Shown here: piece by piece, positions 50,684-61,012 of the stretch
Position numbering within the stretch: position 1 is the stretch's first letter
How the letters are laid out: every line of letters starts with the position of its first letter
NCBI GenBank assembly: GCA_965214605.1
Contig: OZ243961.1
Coordinates: 2,464,001-2,528,000 of the forward strand
DNA: 64,000 bases
Direction: 5' to 3'
DNA from: an uncultured Candidatus Binatia bacterium
Lineage (GTDB): Bacteria > Desulfobacterota > Binatia > Bin18
The notes under the pieces: generated by a model
The model's database searches: none
What the model was told of the DNA's origin: nothing
The model's input: the letters and a program-made list of their open reading frames with translations, nothing else
Made by a program: the position numbers and the translations under genes

Positions 50684-51850
50684 TTATCTCCCCAATATCT
50701 TCTTGGCGATTGTCTGTAGCTGAATATTGGACGTGCCTTCGTAGATTTTGCCGATCTTGGCGTCGCGATAAAACTTCTCGGCTGGAAAGTCTTTGATGAA
50801 GCCGTTGCCACCAAAAATTTCGAGCGACTGCGAGGCCACACGTTCGGCAATCTGCGAGCAATAATACTTGGCCATCGCTGCCTGCTGCTGGAACGGCTGT
50901 CCACTGTCTTTCAGCCGTGCCGCATTATAGACCATCAAACGGCCGGCTTCTATTTCGGTCGCCATCTCGGCCAGCTGAAACTGTACGGTCTGGAACTGTG
51001 CAATCACCTGACCAAACTGCCGGCGTTCAAGGGCATAGTCTTTGGCTGCATCAAACGCCCCCTGGGCTAAACCGATCATTTGGGCTGCAATGCCGATCCG
51101 ACCCTCATTGATCGTCTCAATGGCGACCTTGTAGCCCTGGCCGACCTGGCCGACCACGTTTTCACGAGGCACCCGCACGTCTTCCAGGATCAACTCGCAG
51201 GTTGAGCTAGCCCGAATACCGAGCTTGTCCTCTTTCCTGCCGACGCTGAAACCGGGCATCTCGCGGTCAATGACAAAGCCGGTGATCCCCTTATAACCCT
51301 TGTTAGGGTCGGCATTGGCGAACAGCATATAGAGTCCCGCTTCATTACCATTGGTGACCCACATCTTGCGACCGTTCAGCACATAGGTGTCACCGTCCGG
51401 ACGCGCCTGGGTTTTCAGGGCAAACGCGTCGCTACCCGAACCGGACTCAGACAGCGAGTAGCTTCCGACCGTGTCTTTGGCCAGCCTAGGTAAGAATCTC
51501 GCTTGCTGATCCGGCGTCAGCCAGCGCAGGAAAGCATTGATCACCAGGGTATTTTGGACATCGACACACACCGACACCGCAGGATCGACCTGCGCTATTG
51601 CTTCAATGGCTAAAATCGCCATGAAAAAGTTCGACCCTGCTCCACCATACTCAAGCGGAATTTCAATTCCCATCACTCCCAGGCCAAACAGCTGGTCAAT
51701 TAGCTCGCGTGGGATCTTTGCCGCCTGGTCCATGTCCATGACCTGAGGTTTGACCCTCTTCTCAGTAAACTCCCGGACCATAGACTGAAACAGCCTCTCT
51801 TCTTCGCTCAGCGTCGTGAGTGCGAGACTCGCATCATTCATGCTAGGCAT
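50684..51850 (-). CDS. Acyl-CoA dehydrogenase (short/branched-chain type)
   Basis: LSESGSGSDAF, LNGRKMWVTN, KLGIRASST, GRIGIA, IYEGTSNIQ. Confidence 0.95.
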   Translation of the reverse strand: MPSMNDASLALTTLSEEERLFQSMVREFTEKRVKPQVMDMDQAAKIPRELIDQLFGLGVMGIEIPLEYGGAGSNFFMAILAIEAIAQVDPAVSVCVDVQNTLVINAFLRWLTPDQQARFLPRLAKDTVGSYSLSESGSGSDAFALKTQARPDGDTYVLNGRKMWVTNGNEAGLYMLFANADPNKGYKGITGFVIDREMPGFSVGRKEDKLGIRASSTCELILEDVRVPRENVVGQVGQGYKVAIETINEGRIGIAAQMIGLAQGAFDAAKDYALERRQFGQVIAQFQTVQFQLAEMATEIEAGRLMVYNAARLKDSGQPFQQQAAMAKYYCSQIAERVASQSLEIFGGNGFIKDFPAEKFYRDAKIGKIYEGTSNIQLQTIAKKILGR

Positions 51851-51948
51851 ACTCCGACTCCCTTTCACGTGAAGCTTCCTCCCCTACATCTCACGTTGCC
51901 GAACTCCTGTCTAGCCGATATACTTGTCTGAAGAAAGTGAGACGGTCT

Positions 51949-52521
51949 ATGAAAATCGGCCTGATTTCTGACACCCATATTCCTGAAGCTATGCCTGAAC
52001 TGCCGGACCAAGTTCGCACCGTTTTTACCGGAGCAGATCTTATCCTCCACGCCGGGGACCTGCACTGCCTCGAGGTCCTTGATTGGCTGGAAGAAATTGC
52101 CCCGGTGCTAGCCTGTCGAGGCAACGGTGACGAGGGCTCAGGGGGCCGACCGGTCGTACCCAAAGATCCACGTCTGCACGATGCGGCAGTTACCCGCGCG
52201 GCTGGCTACCGGATTGGGCTTGTTCACGATGTGTTAGAGCCCGAGGAATTTCCCCAGTGGCCCATCGAACGCACCATGGACTTCTATTTTGATGGGCACA
52301 CCGACATCATTGTGTGTGGTCATACCCACGTCGAGAGCTTTAAGCGCTACGGCGAGGTGTTCGTCCTGAATCCTGGCAGTCCGACATTCCCACACAATTA
52401 TGCGGCTCAGCCCGGAACGGTTGGAGTGTTACAGCTTGAAGACCATCGTGAGGGTGGGGTTGTGAGCGTTTACGATCTGAAGACCTTGGCGGTCATGCCG
52501 GAGCTAACGGCCAGCTTTTAG
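51949..52521 (+). CDS. Metallophosphoesterase (YfcE-like)
   Basis: SDTH, HAGD, RGN, GHTH, NPGS. Confidence 0.9.
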   Translation: MKIGLISDTHIPEAMPELPDQVRTVFTGADLILHAGDLHCLEVLDWLEEIAPVLACRGNGDEGSGGRPVVPKDPRLHDAAVTRAAGYRIGLVHDVLEPEEFPQWPIERTMDFYFDGHTDIIVCGHTHVESFKRYGEVFVLNPGSPTFPHNYAAQPGTVGVLQLEDHREGGVVSVYDLKTLAVMPELTASF

Positions 52522-52534
52522 ATGCTTTGAAAGG

Positions 52535-53548
52535 TCAGCCGCCTAAACTAATCATTTCGATCTTTTTGTGGTCTCTGGGGTCATAGCCGGCTACGGACCG
52601 CAGAGCCGCTAGTCGCTCTTCTGAATAGCGATCTCGGCGCTTGATCCAGATACGGCTGAGGAGGGCTAGTATGTCATCATCTGAAGTGCCGTTACGCAGC
52701 AGGACTTTCAGATTATAGCCGGCGTTGGAGAATAGACAGGTGACAAACTTACCATCGGCGGTCAGGCGTGCCCGCGTGCAACTTGAACAGAACGGCTCAC
52801 TGACCGAGGCAATCACGCCAATATCGCCGTCTCCGTCCACAAATGCATAATCGACCGACGGCGCACTACCCTTGCCTCGGCCAATCTTACGCAGCGGGAA
52901 CCGGTTGTGAATCGTTTGGAGAATTTCTTGTTTCGTGACGATTTTGTCAGACTGCCAGCTGTTGGCGTTGCCGACGTCCATGAATTCGATAAAACGCAGA
53001 GCAAAGCCGTGTCGCCGCGCAAAAGCGACTAGGTCGAGTATCTCATCATCATTCACGCCGCGTTCAACAACCGCGTTTATTTTAATTGGAGACAGGCCGG
53101 CCCGTTTGGCGGCAAACAGGCCGGTCAAGACCTTGTCGAGATCGCCCCGTTTGGTGATATGACGAAAGCGGTCGGGCTTGAGCGAATCAAGGCTGACATT
53201 GATGCGGCGCAAGCCAGCCGCTTTGAGGAGGGCAGCTTTATCGGCCAGCAGAGACCCGTTCGTCGTCAAACAAAGTTCGGGAGCATTTTCGAGGGCGGCC
53301 AGTTTGCCAATTAGTTGCTCTAAATTCCGTCGTGCCATGGGCTCGCCGCCGGTCAGGCGGACTTTTTCCACACCCAGGAGCACAAACAGGCGCACCACGC
53401 GTGTGATCTCCTCAAAGGATAAGACTTCGCTCTTCTCCAGCCACTCGTATTCGTCGAGCGGCATACAATAGGTACAGCGGAAATTACACCGGTCGGTCAC
53501 CGAGATACGGAGATCTTTGAGCGGACGGTCGTAGCTATCTGGCAACAT
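52535..53548 (-). CDS. moaA: GTP 3',8-cyclase
   Basis: LRISVTDRCNFRCTYCMP, LTGGEP, FCSSCTRARL..CLF, C-terminal GG. Confidence 0.96.
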   Translation of the reverse strand: MLPDSYDRPLKDLRISVTDRCNFRCTYCMPLDEYEWLEKSEVLSFEEITRVVRLFVLLGVEKVRLTGGEPMARRNLEQLIGKLAALENAPELCLTTNGSLLADKAALLKAAGLRRINVSLDSLKPDRFRHITKRGDLDKVLTGLFAAKRAGLSPIKINAVVERGVNDDEILDLVAFARRHGFALRFIEFMDVGNANSWQSDKIVTKQEILQTIHNRFPLRKIGRGKGSAPSVDYAFVDGDGDIGVIASVSEPFCSSCTRARLTADGKFVTCLFSNAGYNLKVLLRNGTSDDDILALLSRIWIKRRDRYSEERLAALRSVAGYDPRDHKKIEMISLGG

Positions 53549-53741
53549 GTGGCCTCCTGAATGGAGTATTATAGCTATCAAAAAGCCGTAGCCAAGGGGA
53601 GAAGAGGTGAGAAAAATCAATCTTCCATATGTCTCTCAGTATGTATAGGTGGCGAACAACGCCTCAAACCGTGCGGCGCTCCTTCCAGACTTAGCCAGCT
53701 TGAGGTATGGTGAATTAAATGTCTTTCAGGGAGGAAGAGGC

Positions 53742-54503
53742 ATGCGAATCACAGACAAAGTCGCGCTGGTAACGGGCGGCAGCCGGGGGATTGGCCGGGC
53801 TATTAGCCTACGGCTGGCCGAAGAAGGTGCCAGGGTCGCTATTGCCGATATTTTGGAGCATGAGGCCCAGCAGACTGTTGATGACATCACAGCCAAGGGA
53901 GGCCAAGCGCTGGCCGTTACCACCGATGTTGCTCAGCTCGCGCAGGTTCGGGCCTGTGTTCAACGCGTCACAGACGGCTGCGGACCGATCGACATTCTGG
54001 TCAATAATGCTGGCTGGGACAAGATTGAGCCATTTGTTGAGAGCGCACCCGAGACCTGGGACAAGGTCATTGCGATTAACCTGAGAGGACCAATCAATTT
54101 CTGCCATACGATCGCTCCGCAGATGATAGCGCGCAAGCGGGGCAAAATCATTTCGGTCAGTTCGGACGCCGGACGGGTTGGCTCGACTGGCGAGGCCGTT
54201 TACTCGGCGTGTAAAGCCGGCATTATTGGGTTCTCCAAAACCTTGGCTCGCGAGCTCGCTCGCTCGCGGGTCAACGTCAATGTTGTCTGCCCTGGTCCGA
54301 CCGATACGGCGCTACTCCAGCAAGTCACCAAGGGGGAACGTGGTGCGCGGGTGATTGAAGCCATGACTCGGGCAGTGCCGTTCCGCCGTCTGGGCCAGCC
54401 CCAAGAGATCGCTAATGCGGTGGCGTTTTTTGCCTCGTCGGATGCGGATTTTGTAACCGGCCAAGTCCTGTCAGTGAGTGGTGGCCTAACCATGGCCGGC
54501 TGA
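53742..54503 (+). CDS. SDR oxidoreductase (BadH-like)
   Basis: TGGSRGIG, NNAGWD, SDAGRVGS, YSACK, SVSGGLTM. Confidence 0.9.
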   Translation: MRITDKVALVTGGSRGIGRAISLRLAEEGARVAIADILEHEAQQTVDDITAKGGQALAVTTDVAQLAQVRACVQRVTDGCGPIDILVNNAGWDKIEPFVESAPETWDKVIAINLRGPINFCHTIAPQMIARKRGKIISVSSDAGRVGSTGEAVYSACKAGIIGFSKTLARELARSRVNVNVVCPGPTDTALLQQVTKGERGARVIEAMTRAVPFRRLGQPQEIANAVAFFASSDADFVTGQVLSVSGGLTMAG

Positions 54504-54518
54504 GGAAAGCGGGCGGTC

Positions 54519-55304
54519 GTGCGATTTGTGGATAAAGTCGCCCTGATCACCGGCTCTTCGCGCGGAATTGGCCGGGCGATTGCCTTGCGTTTGGCCTCGG
54601 AAGGCGCACGGATTGTGGTCAATTATCACCGTAACGCTGAACAGGCGCGGGCGGTCGTTGGTGAGGTCAGGCGGTGTGGCTCTCAAGCGGTCGCGATCCA
54701 GGCCGATATGAGCGACGGTGAGGCCGTGCGCACCATGTTCCTTCAGGTTGGAGAGCGTTACGGACGGCTCGACATCCTGGTCGTGAACGCGGCGGCGACG
54801 ACATTTCGACCTTTGCTCCGGCAGAAAGAACACAATGTGATGCGGACGTTTGCACTTACGATCAGCGGCTCATTACTCGCGGTGCAGGAGGCCGTGCCGC
54901 TGATGCGCGGCCGCCGGGCTAAGATCGTGACCATCTCGGGCATTGATTCGCTGCGCATGCTGTCCGGACACGGGCTACTGGGAGCGGCCAAAGCCGCCCT
55001 GGAAAATATGACCATGTATCTTGCCCACGAACTCGGGCCCCATGGGATCGCGGTCAACGGTATTAACCCCGGTCTGATTGAAACTGACTCCTCAAAGATG
55101 TACGCCGGTGGTGAGGAGGCCTACGCCGAGTACGAGCGGGACGTGATCCCCCATACAGCGGCCGGCCGGGTTGGGCGACCCGACGATATTGCCGCGGTCA
55201 CGGCCTTTCTGTGCTCTGAGGACGCCGATTTTATTCGGGGACAAACCCTGCTCGTTGATGGCGGGCTGCTGTCTTCGTCAATCGCTAGCCGACCGCATGA
55301 ATGA
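54519..55304 (+). CDS. SDR oxidoreductase (FabL-like enoyl reductase type)
   Basis: TGSSRGIG, VNAA, AAKAALE, GQTLLVDGG. Confidence 0.85.
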   Translation: MRFVDKVALITGSSRGIGRAIALRLASEGARIVVNYHRNAEQARAVVGEVRRCGSQAVAIQADMSDGEAVRTMFLQVGERYGRLDILVVNAAATTFRPLLRQKEHNVMRTFALTISGSLLAVQEAVPLMRGRRAKIVTISGIDSLRMLSGHGLLGAAKAALENMTMYLAHELGPHGIAVNGINPGLIETDSSKMYAGGEEAYAEYERDVIPHTAAGRVGRPDDIAAVTAFLCSEDADFIRGQTLLVDGGLLSSSIASRPHE

Positions 55305-55319
55305 AGGAGAAGGGGAAGC

Positions 55320-56366
55320 GTGTCAGAGCTGCACAGACTGCCCTTCTCCAACCGGCAGCTAGAGCGCGTCTTTGCCCAGCTGCCCGGACGGCCGCCCCTA
55401 CACGTCCGTGATGTGTTGTCCGGTAATATCAACACAATTGTCAAAGTAGAGTGTGAAGGCCGGCTGTATGGGGTGCGGGTCCGTACCCAGGAGCAGGTGT
55501 ACCGCTATGAGCCAGACCTGGTTAAAGAAGCGTTTGTCACCGCACTGCTCAAACCCCACGCTCGGCCACCCACCGATATCGCTATTGCCCAGTTGTTTGA
55601 CACACTGCTGAGTGCCCGGTGCGGCAGACTTGACAGCGCTCAAACCGTCTTGCCGCCGATACACTACTACGACTGGACCCGTCAGATCCTAGCCCATCCC
55701 TACTGTGTGTATGAATGGGTAGACGGGGTGCCCCTGTGGGAGGTGCCTAGAGCAGACTTATACCGCGCTGCGGGGCAGGCTTTGTCTCAGGTTCATACCA
55801 TCCAGTTTGAAACCTGGTACGCCGATTTCCCGTCCATTGGAAAAGAGCCGTTGGGCTGGTCCGAACGCTTCCCTAGCGCGCTCACCAAAGAGATTGACGC
55901 CGCCTCTCGGCGTCTGCCATCAGCGCTTGCCGAGGCGGTGACCAGGCTTCGTCTGCCCGACACTCTTGATGTGACAGCGTGTCTGCTTCACAACGATTTT
56001 TCACCAGGCAATATCTTGGTTGCGGACGGCCGTCTGACTGCCATTATCGACTGGGATAACGCTGTTGTTGACGCGCCAGCCCTAGACTTTGTGAAGATGA
56101 AGTACTGGACGGCTAAGGATAGGCGTGGTCAGCTCGCACCACAGCCAGATTTATTCGGAGCTTTTCTTAATGGCTACGGGCTGGCTGGCCAAGATATTGT
56201 TGAGTCTCTAAGTTTCGCGTTGTATGAAATGCTGTGGCTGTTACGGGTGTTCAATTTTGAGTACGCAAAGCAAGAGCAGAGCATAGCCCAGACTCCGGGA
56301 TACCCCGGAGCTGGCACGTATGAGGCTTTCCTGTCCGAAGTGCTGACAAGGCTGAGCCGGTTCTGA
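55320..56366 (+). CDS. Aminoglycoside phosphotransferase-like small-molecule kinase
   Basis: LLHNDFSPGNILV Brenner motif and IIDWD. Confidence 0.8.
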   Translation: MSELHRLPFSNRQLERVFAQLPGRPPLHVRDVLSGNINTIVKVECEGRLYGVRVRTQEQVYRYEPDLVKEAFVTALLKPHARPPTDIAIAQLFDTLLSARCGRLDSAQTVLPPIHYYDWTRQILAHPYCVYEWVDGVPLWEVPRADLYRAAGQALSQVHTIQFETWYADFPSIGKEPLGWSERFPSALTKEIDAASRRLPSALAEAVTRLRLPDTLDVTACLLHNDFSPGNILVADGRLTAIIDWDNAVVDAPALDFVKMKYWTAKDRRGQLAPQPDLFGAFLNGYGLAGQDIVESLSFALYEMLWLLRVFNFEYAKQEQSIAQTPGYPGAGTYEAFLSEVLTRLSRF

Positions 56367-56380
56367 CGAGGAAAAGGAGG

Positions 56381-56779
56381 ATGAAAATGGATGCTGTGTG
56401 GTTTGGACAGTTCGCCGTGACCACGTTTTTCGCCGTGGCTTTTTTGCAATCTGCGACTGATAAATGGATAGATAGTAAGGGCAACCTCGAGTTTCTAACC
56501 GACCATTTTTCCAAGAGTCCTCTGGCCGGTACGGTAACGCCGATGTTTTGGGCGATTACGATCATCGAGTCTGCAGCCGGGGTGCTGTGCGCTATCGGGG
56601 CCGTCCAAGTCCTGTTTGGCCTGGGCGGTGAGCTCGCGCTCTGGGGGATTATTGTTTCTACCTTGGCCCTGCTGAGTCTCTTCTTTGGCCAGCGGCTGGC
56701 CCAGGATTATGCCGGGGCGGTGGTTATTGCCGGCTATTTCGCGGTTGCCCTGCTGGGCTTAGTCTTATTCCAGTCATAA
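56381..56779 (+). CDS. DoxX-like membrane protein
   Basis: FLQS..DK..D..GN..FL..HF.KSPL, FGQRLAQDYAGA; four hydrophobic segments. Confidence 0.75.
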   Translation: MKMDAVWFGQFAVTTFFAVAFLQSATDKWIDSKGNLEFLTDHFSKSPLAGTVTPMFWAITIIESAAGVLCAIGAVQVLFGLGGELALWGIIVSTLALLSLFFGQRLAQDYAGAVVIAGYFAVALLGLVLFQS

Positions 56780-56807
56780 ACGTTGGGCGTAGCCATCAGG
56801 GTATAGT

Positions 56808-58025
56808 CTAGGAAGAAGACTCCACATAAAAGCCGACAATCTCTTCAATGACAGTGTGCGCGTGACGGACCAGCAGCTCTTGATCTTGCAGGACAAAGTG
56901 AGTCTTTGCGCCCGAGGCCAACATCGACTGGGTGGCTTCCAGGGTGCTAGCGCCTTCAAGCAGCGCATCACGCAACAGGACTTTGCTGTACTCTTGGCTG
57001 AAACGCTGAGCCGCATTTTCTGCCTGGGGAAAATAAGTGTGGACTTCCCACAGCGTTCGGTCTACCTCCAGTGGCCAGAAATGATGGGTTAGATATGTTC
57101 CATCAAACACGAACACGTCGAAGTTTGGAAAGAGCATATTGGCGTCAAAAGCCCAGAAACGGCTACGGGTCGGGTTCACACCCGGCGGTAGCCGGTCCAT
57201 ATCCCTGTCGCGGTTGACAATCGACGATCCAAATCGATGGGCCAGCAGTTCAAGAACTGACGGCTTATGCTCGGGATTGCCGAACACCGACATGCGGTGG
57301 TTGCGTTTGTATAGTTGGAAAGCAAAGGCATGGGCAAACGGATTGTCTTTGCTGGTAAACGAGTCGGGTAAAGAACGTCTGTGGATAAACGGTACGTGGT
57401 AGGCTTCATGAAAAGCGTCTTTGATGACCTTCCAATTGGCCCTGATCTCAGTCGTCCAGGAAAAGCACGTGCACAGCTTATCAAACGGATAACCGGCCAG
57501 ACCAGTGCTCAACTCGCCTAACTGTTCTGGTAGCGTTTCGTTCGGCTGCGGACTCAGATTGACAAAGATGAAACCTTCCCAGCTGTCGCTTGTAATCGGG
57601 CTTAGGCCAAGTTGATTTTTCTCGAGCCCAAAAAAGTTGCCCTCAGCCGGCACAAAGCGCAGTTCGCCGTCAAGTCCATACGACCAGCCGTGGAACTTAC
57701 AGGTAAAGACTTGGCAGTGGCCCCCGCGCTCCCAGACCACCTTGTTGCCCCGGTGTGAGCACATATTATGAAAGGCTCGTATGCAGCCGTCTCCTCCCCG
57801 CACCACAAGGACTGAGGTGTGACACACTGGCAAGTCTTTGACAAAATAATCCCCGGGCTCTGGGATCTGCTCCAGCCGTCCAACGTTCAGCCAAAATTGC
57901 TTGAAGATTTTTTCACGCTCCTGTGCAAAGTAGGCGGGTGACACGCAGGGCTCAATCGGGATCGGCCTAGTGCCGAGTTCGGGATAGTCAGCGTGCCAGA
58001 TCTTGCCGTTGGCTTGGCTATCCAT
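56808..58025 (-). CDS. Rieske non-heme iron oxygenase alpha subunit
   Basis: CSHRG...CKFHGW Rieske motif; NWK..DAFHEAYHVPFIH mononuclear iron motif. Confidence 0.93.
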   Translation of the reverse strand: MDSQANGKIWHADYPELGTRPIPIEPCVSPAYFAQEREKIFKQFWLNVGRLEQIPEPGDYFVKDLPVCHTSVLVVRGGDGCIRAFHNMCSHRGNKVVWERGGHCQVFTCKFHGWSYGLDGELRFVPAEGNFFGLEKNQLGLSPITSDSWEGFIFVNLSPQPNETLPEQLGELSTGLAGYPFDKLCTCFSWTTEIRANWKVIKDAFHEAYHVPFIHRRSLPDSFTSKDNPFAHAFAFQLYKRNHRMSVFGNPEHKPSVLELLAHRFGSSIVNRDRDMDRLPPGVNPTRSRFWAFDANMLFPNFDVFVFDGTYLTHHFWPLEVDRTLWEVHTYFPQAENAAQRFSQEYSKVLLRDALLEGASTLEATQSMLASGAKTHFVLQDQELLVRHAHTVIEEIVGFYVESSS

Positions 58026-58042
58026 GCTGCCTCCTCTCGCCC

Positions 58043-58912
58043 TCAGTTTTGTATACTCGCCTCTCGCGCAAAGCGTTCCATCAGTTGCATCAATTCGGAG
58101 AAATCGTTTGTCCAGGCGCGAAACGACAGGTAGACATGGTGTATCCCGAGTTGCTCGTAGCGGGGCAGGTCGCTCAACAGCTGGTCGAGACTAGATGCTG
58201 AGAGGGGCAGCATACAAATCTGGAGGTCTTCCATCCGGCGGCCAGCCCGGTCGATCAGCTCGCGCAGGGTCTCCAGCGGAGCCTCAATTGCCTGCGGACT
58301 ATTCCCCATGGCGATCCACCCGTCGCCGCGTCGGGCCACCCGGCGCAGAGCGCCCTTTGTCATACCGCCGATCAGGACCGGCGGACGTGGGGTCTGGACT
58401 GGCTGTGGCAGGCATTTGATATCGGTAATCTCAAAATGTTTACCGCTGAAGTTGACCAGCGGCTGGGTCCAGGCCGTCTTAAAGATATCAATCGTCTCAT
58501 CGGTACGGCTGCCGCGCTCTTTTATGGACACCCCTAGGGCGTCAAATTCCTTCTCCAACCAACCAGCGCCCACCCCGACGACCGTGCGTCCACCGGACAA
58601 CACATCAATCGTGGCCAGGGTTTTGGCCGTCGCCAACGGATGGCGGTAGGGCAGTATAAGGACCGCGGTGCCCAGTTTGACCCTGGTGGTTTTGAGTGAC
58701 AGAGCGGCCAGAACGCTTAGCGGTTCTAGAAACGGATCGTCTGGGTTAAAGGCATAGCCACCCTCCATCTGAGACGGAAACACCAGGTGGTCAGCCACCC
58801 AGACCGTGCTATACCCTAGCGTCTCCGCCGCCTCCGCTGCGGTGACAATTCTGTGGGCTGAGTCTTCGCTCGCAAACGCCGTAAAATGGGGCAGGACAAT
58901 GCCATAGTCCAT
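58043..58912 (-). CDS. LLM class (probably F420-dependent) oxidoreductase
   Basis: WVADH, LGTAVLILPYRHP, GAGWLEKEF, PQPVQ.PRPP. Confidence 0.9.
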   Translation of the reverse strand: MDYGIVLPHFTAFASEDSAHRIVTAAEAAETLGYSTVWVADHLVFPSQMEGGYAFNPDDPFLEPLSVLAALSLKTTRVKLGTAVLILPYRHPLATAKTLATIDVLSGGRTVVGVGAGWLEKEFDALGVSIKERGSRTDETIDIFKTAWTQPLVNFSGKHFEITDIKCLPQPVQTPRPPVLIGGMTKGALRRVARRGDGWIAMGNSPQAIEAPLETLRELIDRAGRRMEDLQICMLPLSASSLDQLLSDLPRYEQLGIHHVYLSFRAWTNDFSELMQLMERFAREASIQN

Positions 58913-58984
58913 ACGCAGTATCTCCTGAGAAAAACATAAAGGCAAGTTTTTGCTGGCTTCGTACGCGCGTGCAAAAGCTTCTCT

Positions 58985-59725
58985 CTATGCTGCGGCCACG
59001 CCGTCTTCCTCTCCCGCAGCCACCCGGAGAATTCCTTCTTGGGCGGCCCGAAACTTCTTACACCAGGTTTTGAGCGCGCTCCGAATTTTTTCTTGTCGCT
59101 GAGGGGTGGTGGCGTACTCTCGCACCAACTCGTAGACCGGTTCTCCGTGTGCCTCAGCCTCACCCATATGGGCGTAGAAAAACTCTAGAGCGTGACGAGT
59201 CAGGCCATAGTGCTCGGCTAAGCCGTGGACGAGCCGTTCGGTGGAGTTCTCCCTCCGACTTTCTCCGCCGATAGACATAGCCGCTAAGGTTACCAAGCCG
59301 TACTCCCTGCGCCCAAGTTCGATGACCCAATCGACATAGTCGAGGGCAGCCCGGGCGACCTTGGGGTAGGTTAACTCTTGCGGAGTGGCGCCCAGGGCTT
59401 CGGCCAGCCGCTGAGATAGTCGCCAGTGCGCATCCTCACCACGACCCATTCTGGTCTCCTCGTCAATTAGATTCTCGACAATATGGCGACGAATCTTTTG
59501 ATCGATCGGACCCAGACCTGTGTTCAGAAAAATTCCGCCAAAGGCCCGGATGTGTTGCCCGGTGCGATAGTGGTGCTGGATGGCCCATTTTTTGAGCGTC
59601 TCACGGTCGATGGTGCCAGCCATCACCCCGGCAAAAAAATGGGTACCATACAGGGGCGCTTTTTCCTGCTGTGCCATATAGCCGCGCAGCTCTTTAATAA
59701 AGGCGTCCGAATCTGCCGTAGACAT
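58985..59725 (-). CDS. Heme-oxygenase-like diiron protein (CADD/PqqC/TenA superfamily)
   Basis: ENLIDEE...DAH, GGES, FFYAHMGEAEAH ligand pattern. Confidence 0.78.
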   Translation of the reverse strand: MSTADSDAFIKELRGYMAQQEKAPLYGTHFFAGVMAGTIDRETLKKWAIQHHYRTGQHIRAFGGIFLNTGLGPIDQKIRRHIVENLIDEETRMGRGEDAHWRLSQRLAEALGATPQELTYPKVARAALDYVDWVIELGRREYGLVTLAAMSIGGESRRENSTERLVHGLAEHYGLTRHALEFFYAHMGEAEAHGEPVYELVREYATTPQRQEKIRSALKTWCKKFRAAQEGILRVAAGEEDGVAAA

Positions 59726-59929
59726 TCCACCATCCTCCCCTGTGGTCTTTCGACGTGCAGTCCCTGGGCTATTTTTTGTCTTGACAGACTCATGCATAGC
59801 AGACAAGAAACCGGCAAGCAAAAGGAGAAGGAAAAACGGCTGAGATGCATTGACACAGGAGAACCGGCAGGCCAAATAAAGAGGACCCAAGAGGCAACAA
59901 GCCGGGAAATGACACACTGGAGACACACT

Positions 59930-61012
59930 ATGGCCGGATACGACAAAGAGATTGATCGTGACAAAGTCCAAGAAATCGCCGAAAATGTTTTTGGACTGCT
60001 GAGTGGTGCTGTGATGTCCGCCATGGTGTATCTGGGCGACCGCATGGGACTCTATCAGGCGCTCGAAGATACCGGGCCGATGACGAGTCAGGAACTGGCC
60101 GACAAGACGGGTCTACATGAGCGCTGGATTCGTGAGTGGGTACAGGGACAAGCCACAGCCAAGCTGCTTGAATACCGGGGCGAGGGGTGTTTTGAGTTAT
60201 CACCCGAAGCTGCCCTAGTGCTGGCCAACGAGAACAGCCCGGCCTTTGCCGCAGGTGGGTTTTGCTCTCTCCCGCAGCAAATGGCGGTGCTGGAAAAACT
60301 CCCCGAATCGTTCAAAACCGGCATAGGTCTACCATATGACGCATTTGGACCGGAGGGCGCACGCGGAGTTGAGCGGCTGATTGCACCGTGGTTCCGGACT
60401 CATCTTGTGCCGCGCGCCCTGCCGCAGCTGGACGGCGTTGTGCCCAAACTCGAGGCTGGCGCAAAAGTGGCTGATGTGGGCTGCGGCTCGGGCGTGGCCC
60501 TGATTGAGATGGCCAAGGTTTATCCCAAGTCAGAGTTTCACGGCTATGATATTTCAAAATACGCTCTGGCTCGGGCAGGAGAAAAAAAGGCCGAGGTAGG
60601 TCTGCACAACGTCACTTTTCACGATGCCAACGGGGATTCCATCCCAGACGACCACAGCTTTGACTTTATCTCAACCTTTGACTGCCTGCACGACATGGCC
60701 AATCCAAGCCCAGTCATGCACGCGATCTATCGGGCCCTCAAGCTGGATGGGACGTGGCTGATTGCCGATATTCACAGTTTGCCGACCTTCGAAGAGAACC
60801 TGGAGCAGAATCCTTTGGCCCCTATGTTCTACGGCTTTTCAGTGTTGTGCTGTATGTCATCGGCCATGTCCGAACCTGGCGGCGAGGGCCTTGGTACGCT
60901 CGGCTTTACCGAGCCGGTGGCACGCAAGATGGTCTCCGAGGTCGGTTTTACCCGTTTCAAGCGGCACGACTTCAAAAACCCGATTAACGCCTACTACGAA
61001 GTTCGGCCGTAG
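59930..61012 (+). CDS. Winged-helix plus class I SAM methyltransferase (Rv2258c-like)
   Basis: LGDRMGLY..L..GP.TS.ELA..TGLHERWIREW; ADVGCGSG; FDCLHD; GLGTLG. Confidence 0.9.
   Translation: MAGYDKEIDRDKVQEIAENVFGLLSGAVMSAMVYLGDRMGLYQALEDTGPMTSQELADKTGLHERWIREWVQGQATAKLLEYRGEGCFELSPEAALVLANENSPAFAAGGFCSLPQQMAVLEKLPESFKTGIGLPYDAFGPEGARGVERLIAPWFRTHLVPRALPQLDGVVPKLEAGAKVADVGCGSGVALIEMAKVYPKSEFHGYDISKYALARAGEKKAEVGLHNVTFHDANGDSIPDDHSFDFISTFDCLHDMANPSPVMHAIYRALKLDGTWLIADIHSLPTFEENLEQNPLAPMFYGFSVLCCMSSAMSEPGGEGLGTLGFTEPVARKMVSEVGFTRFKRHDFKNPINAYYEVRP

Noticed and set aside
59483-59971. Apparent long overlap of HDO and methyltransferase ORFs
   Set aside because: Artifact of longest-ORF starts; likely starts at 59725 (-) and 59930 (+) do not overlap
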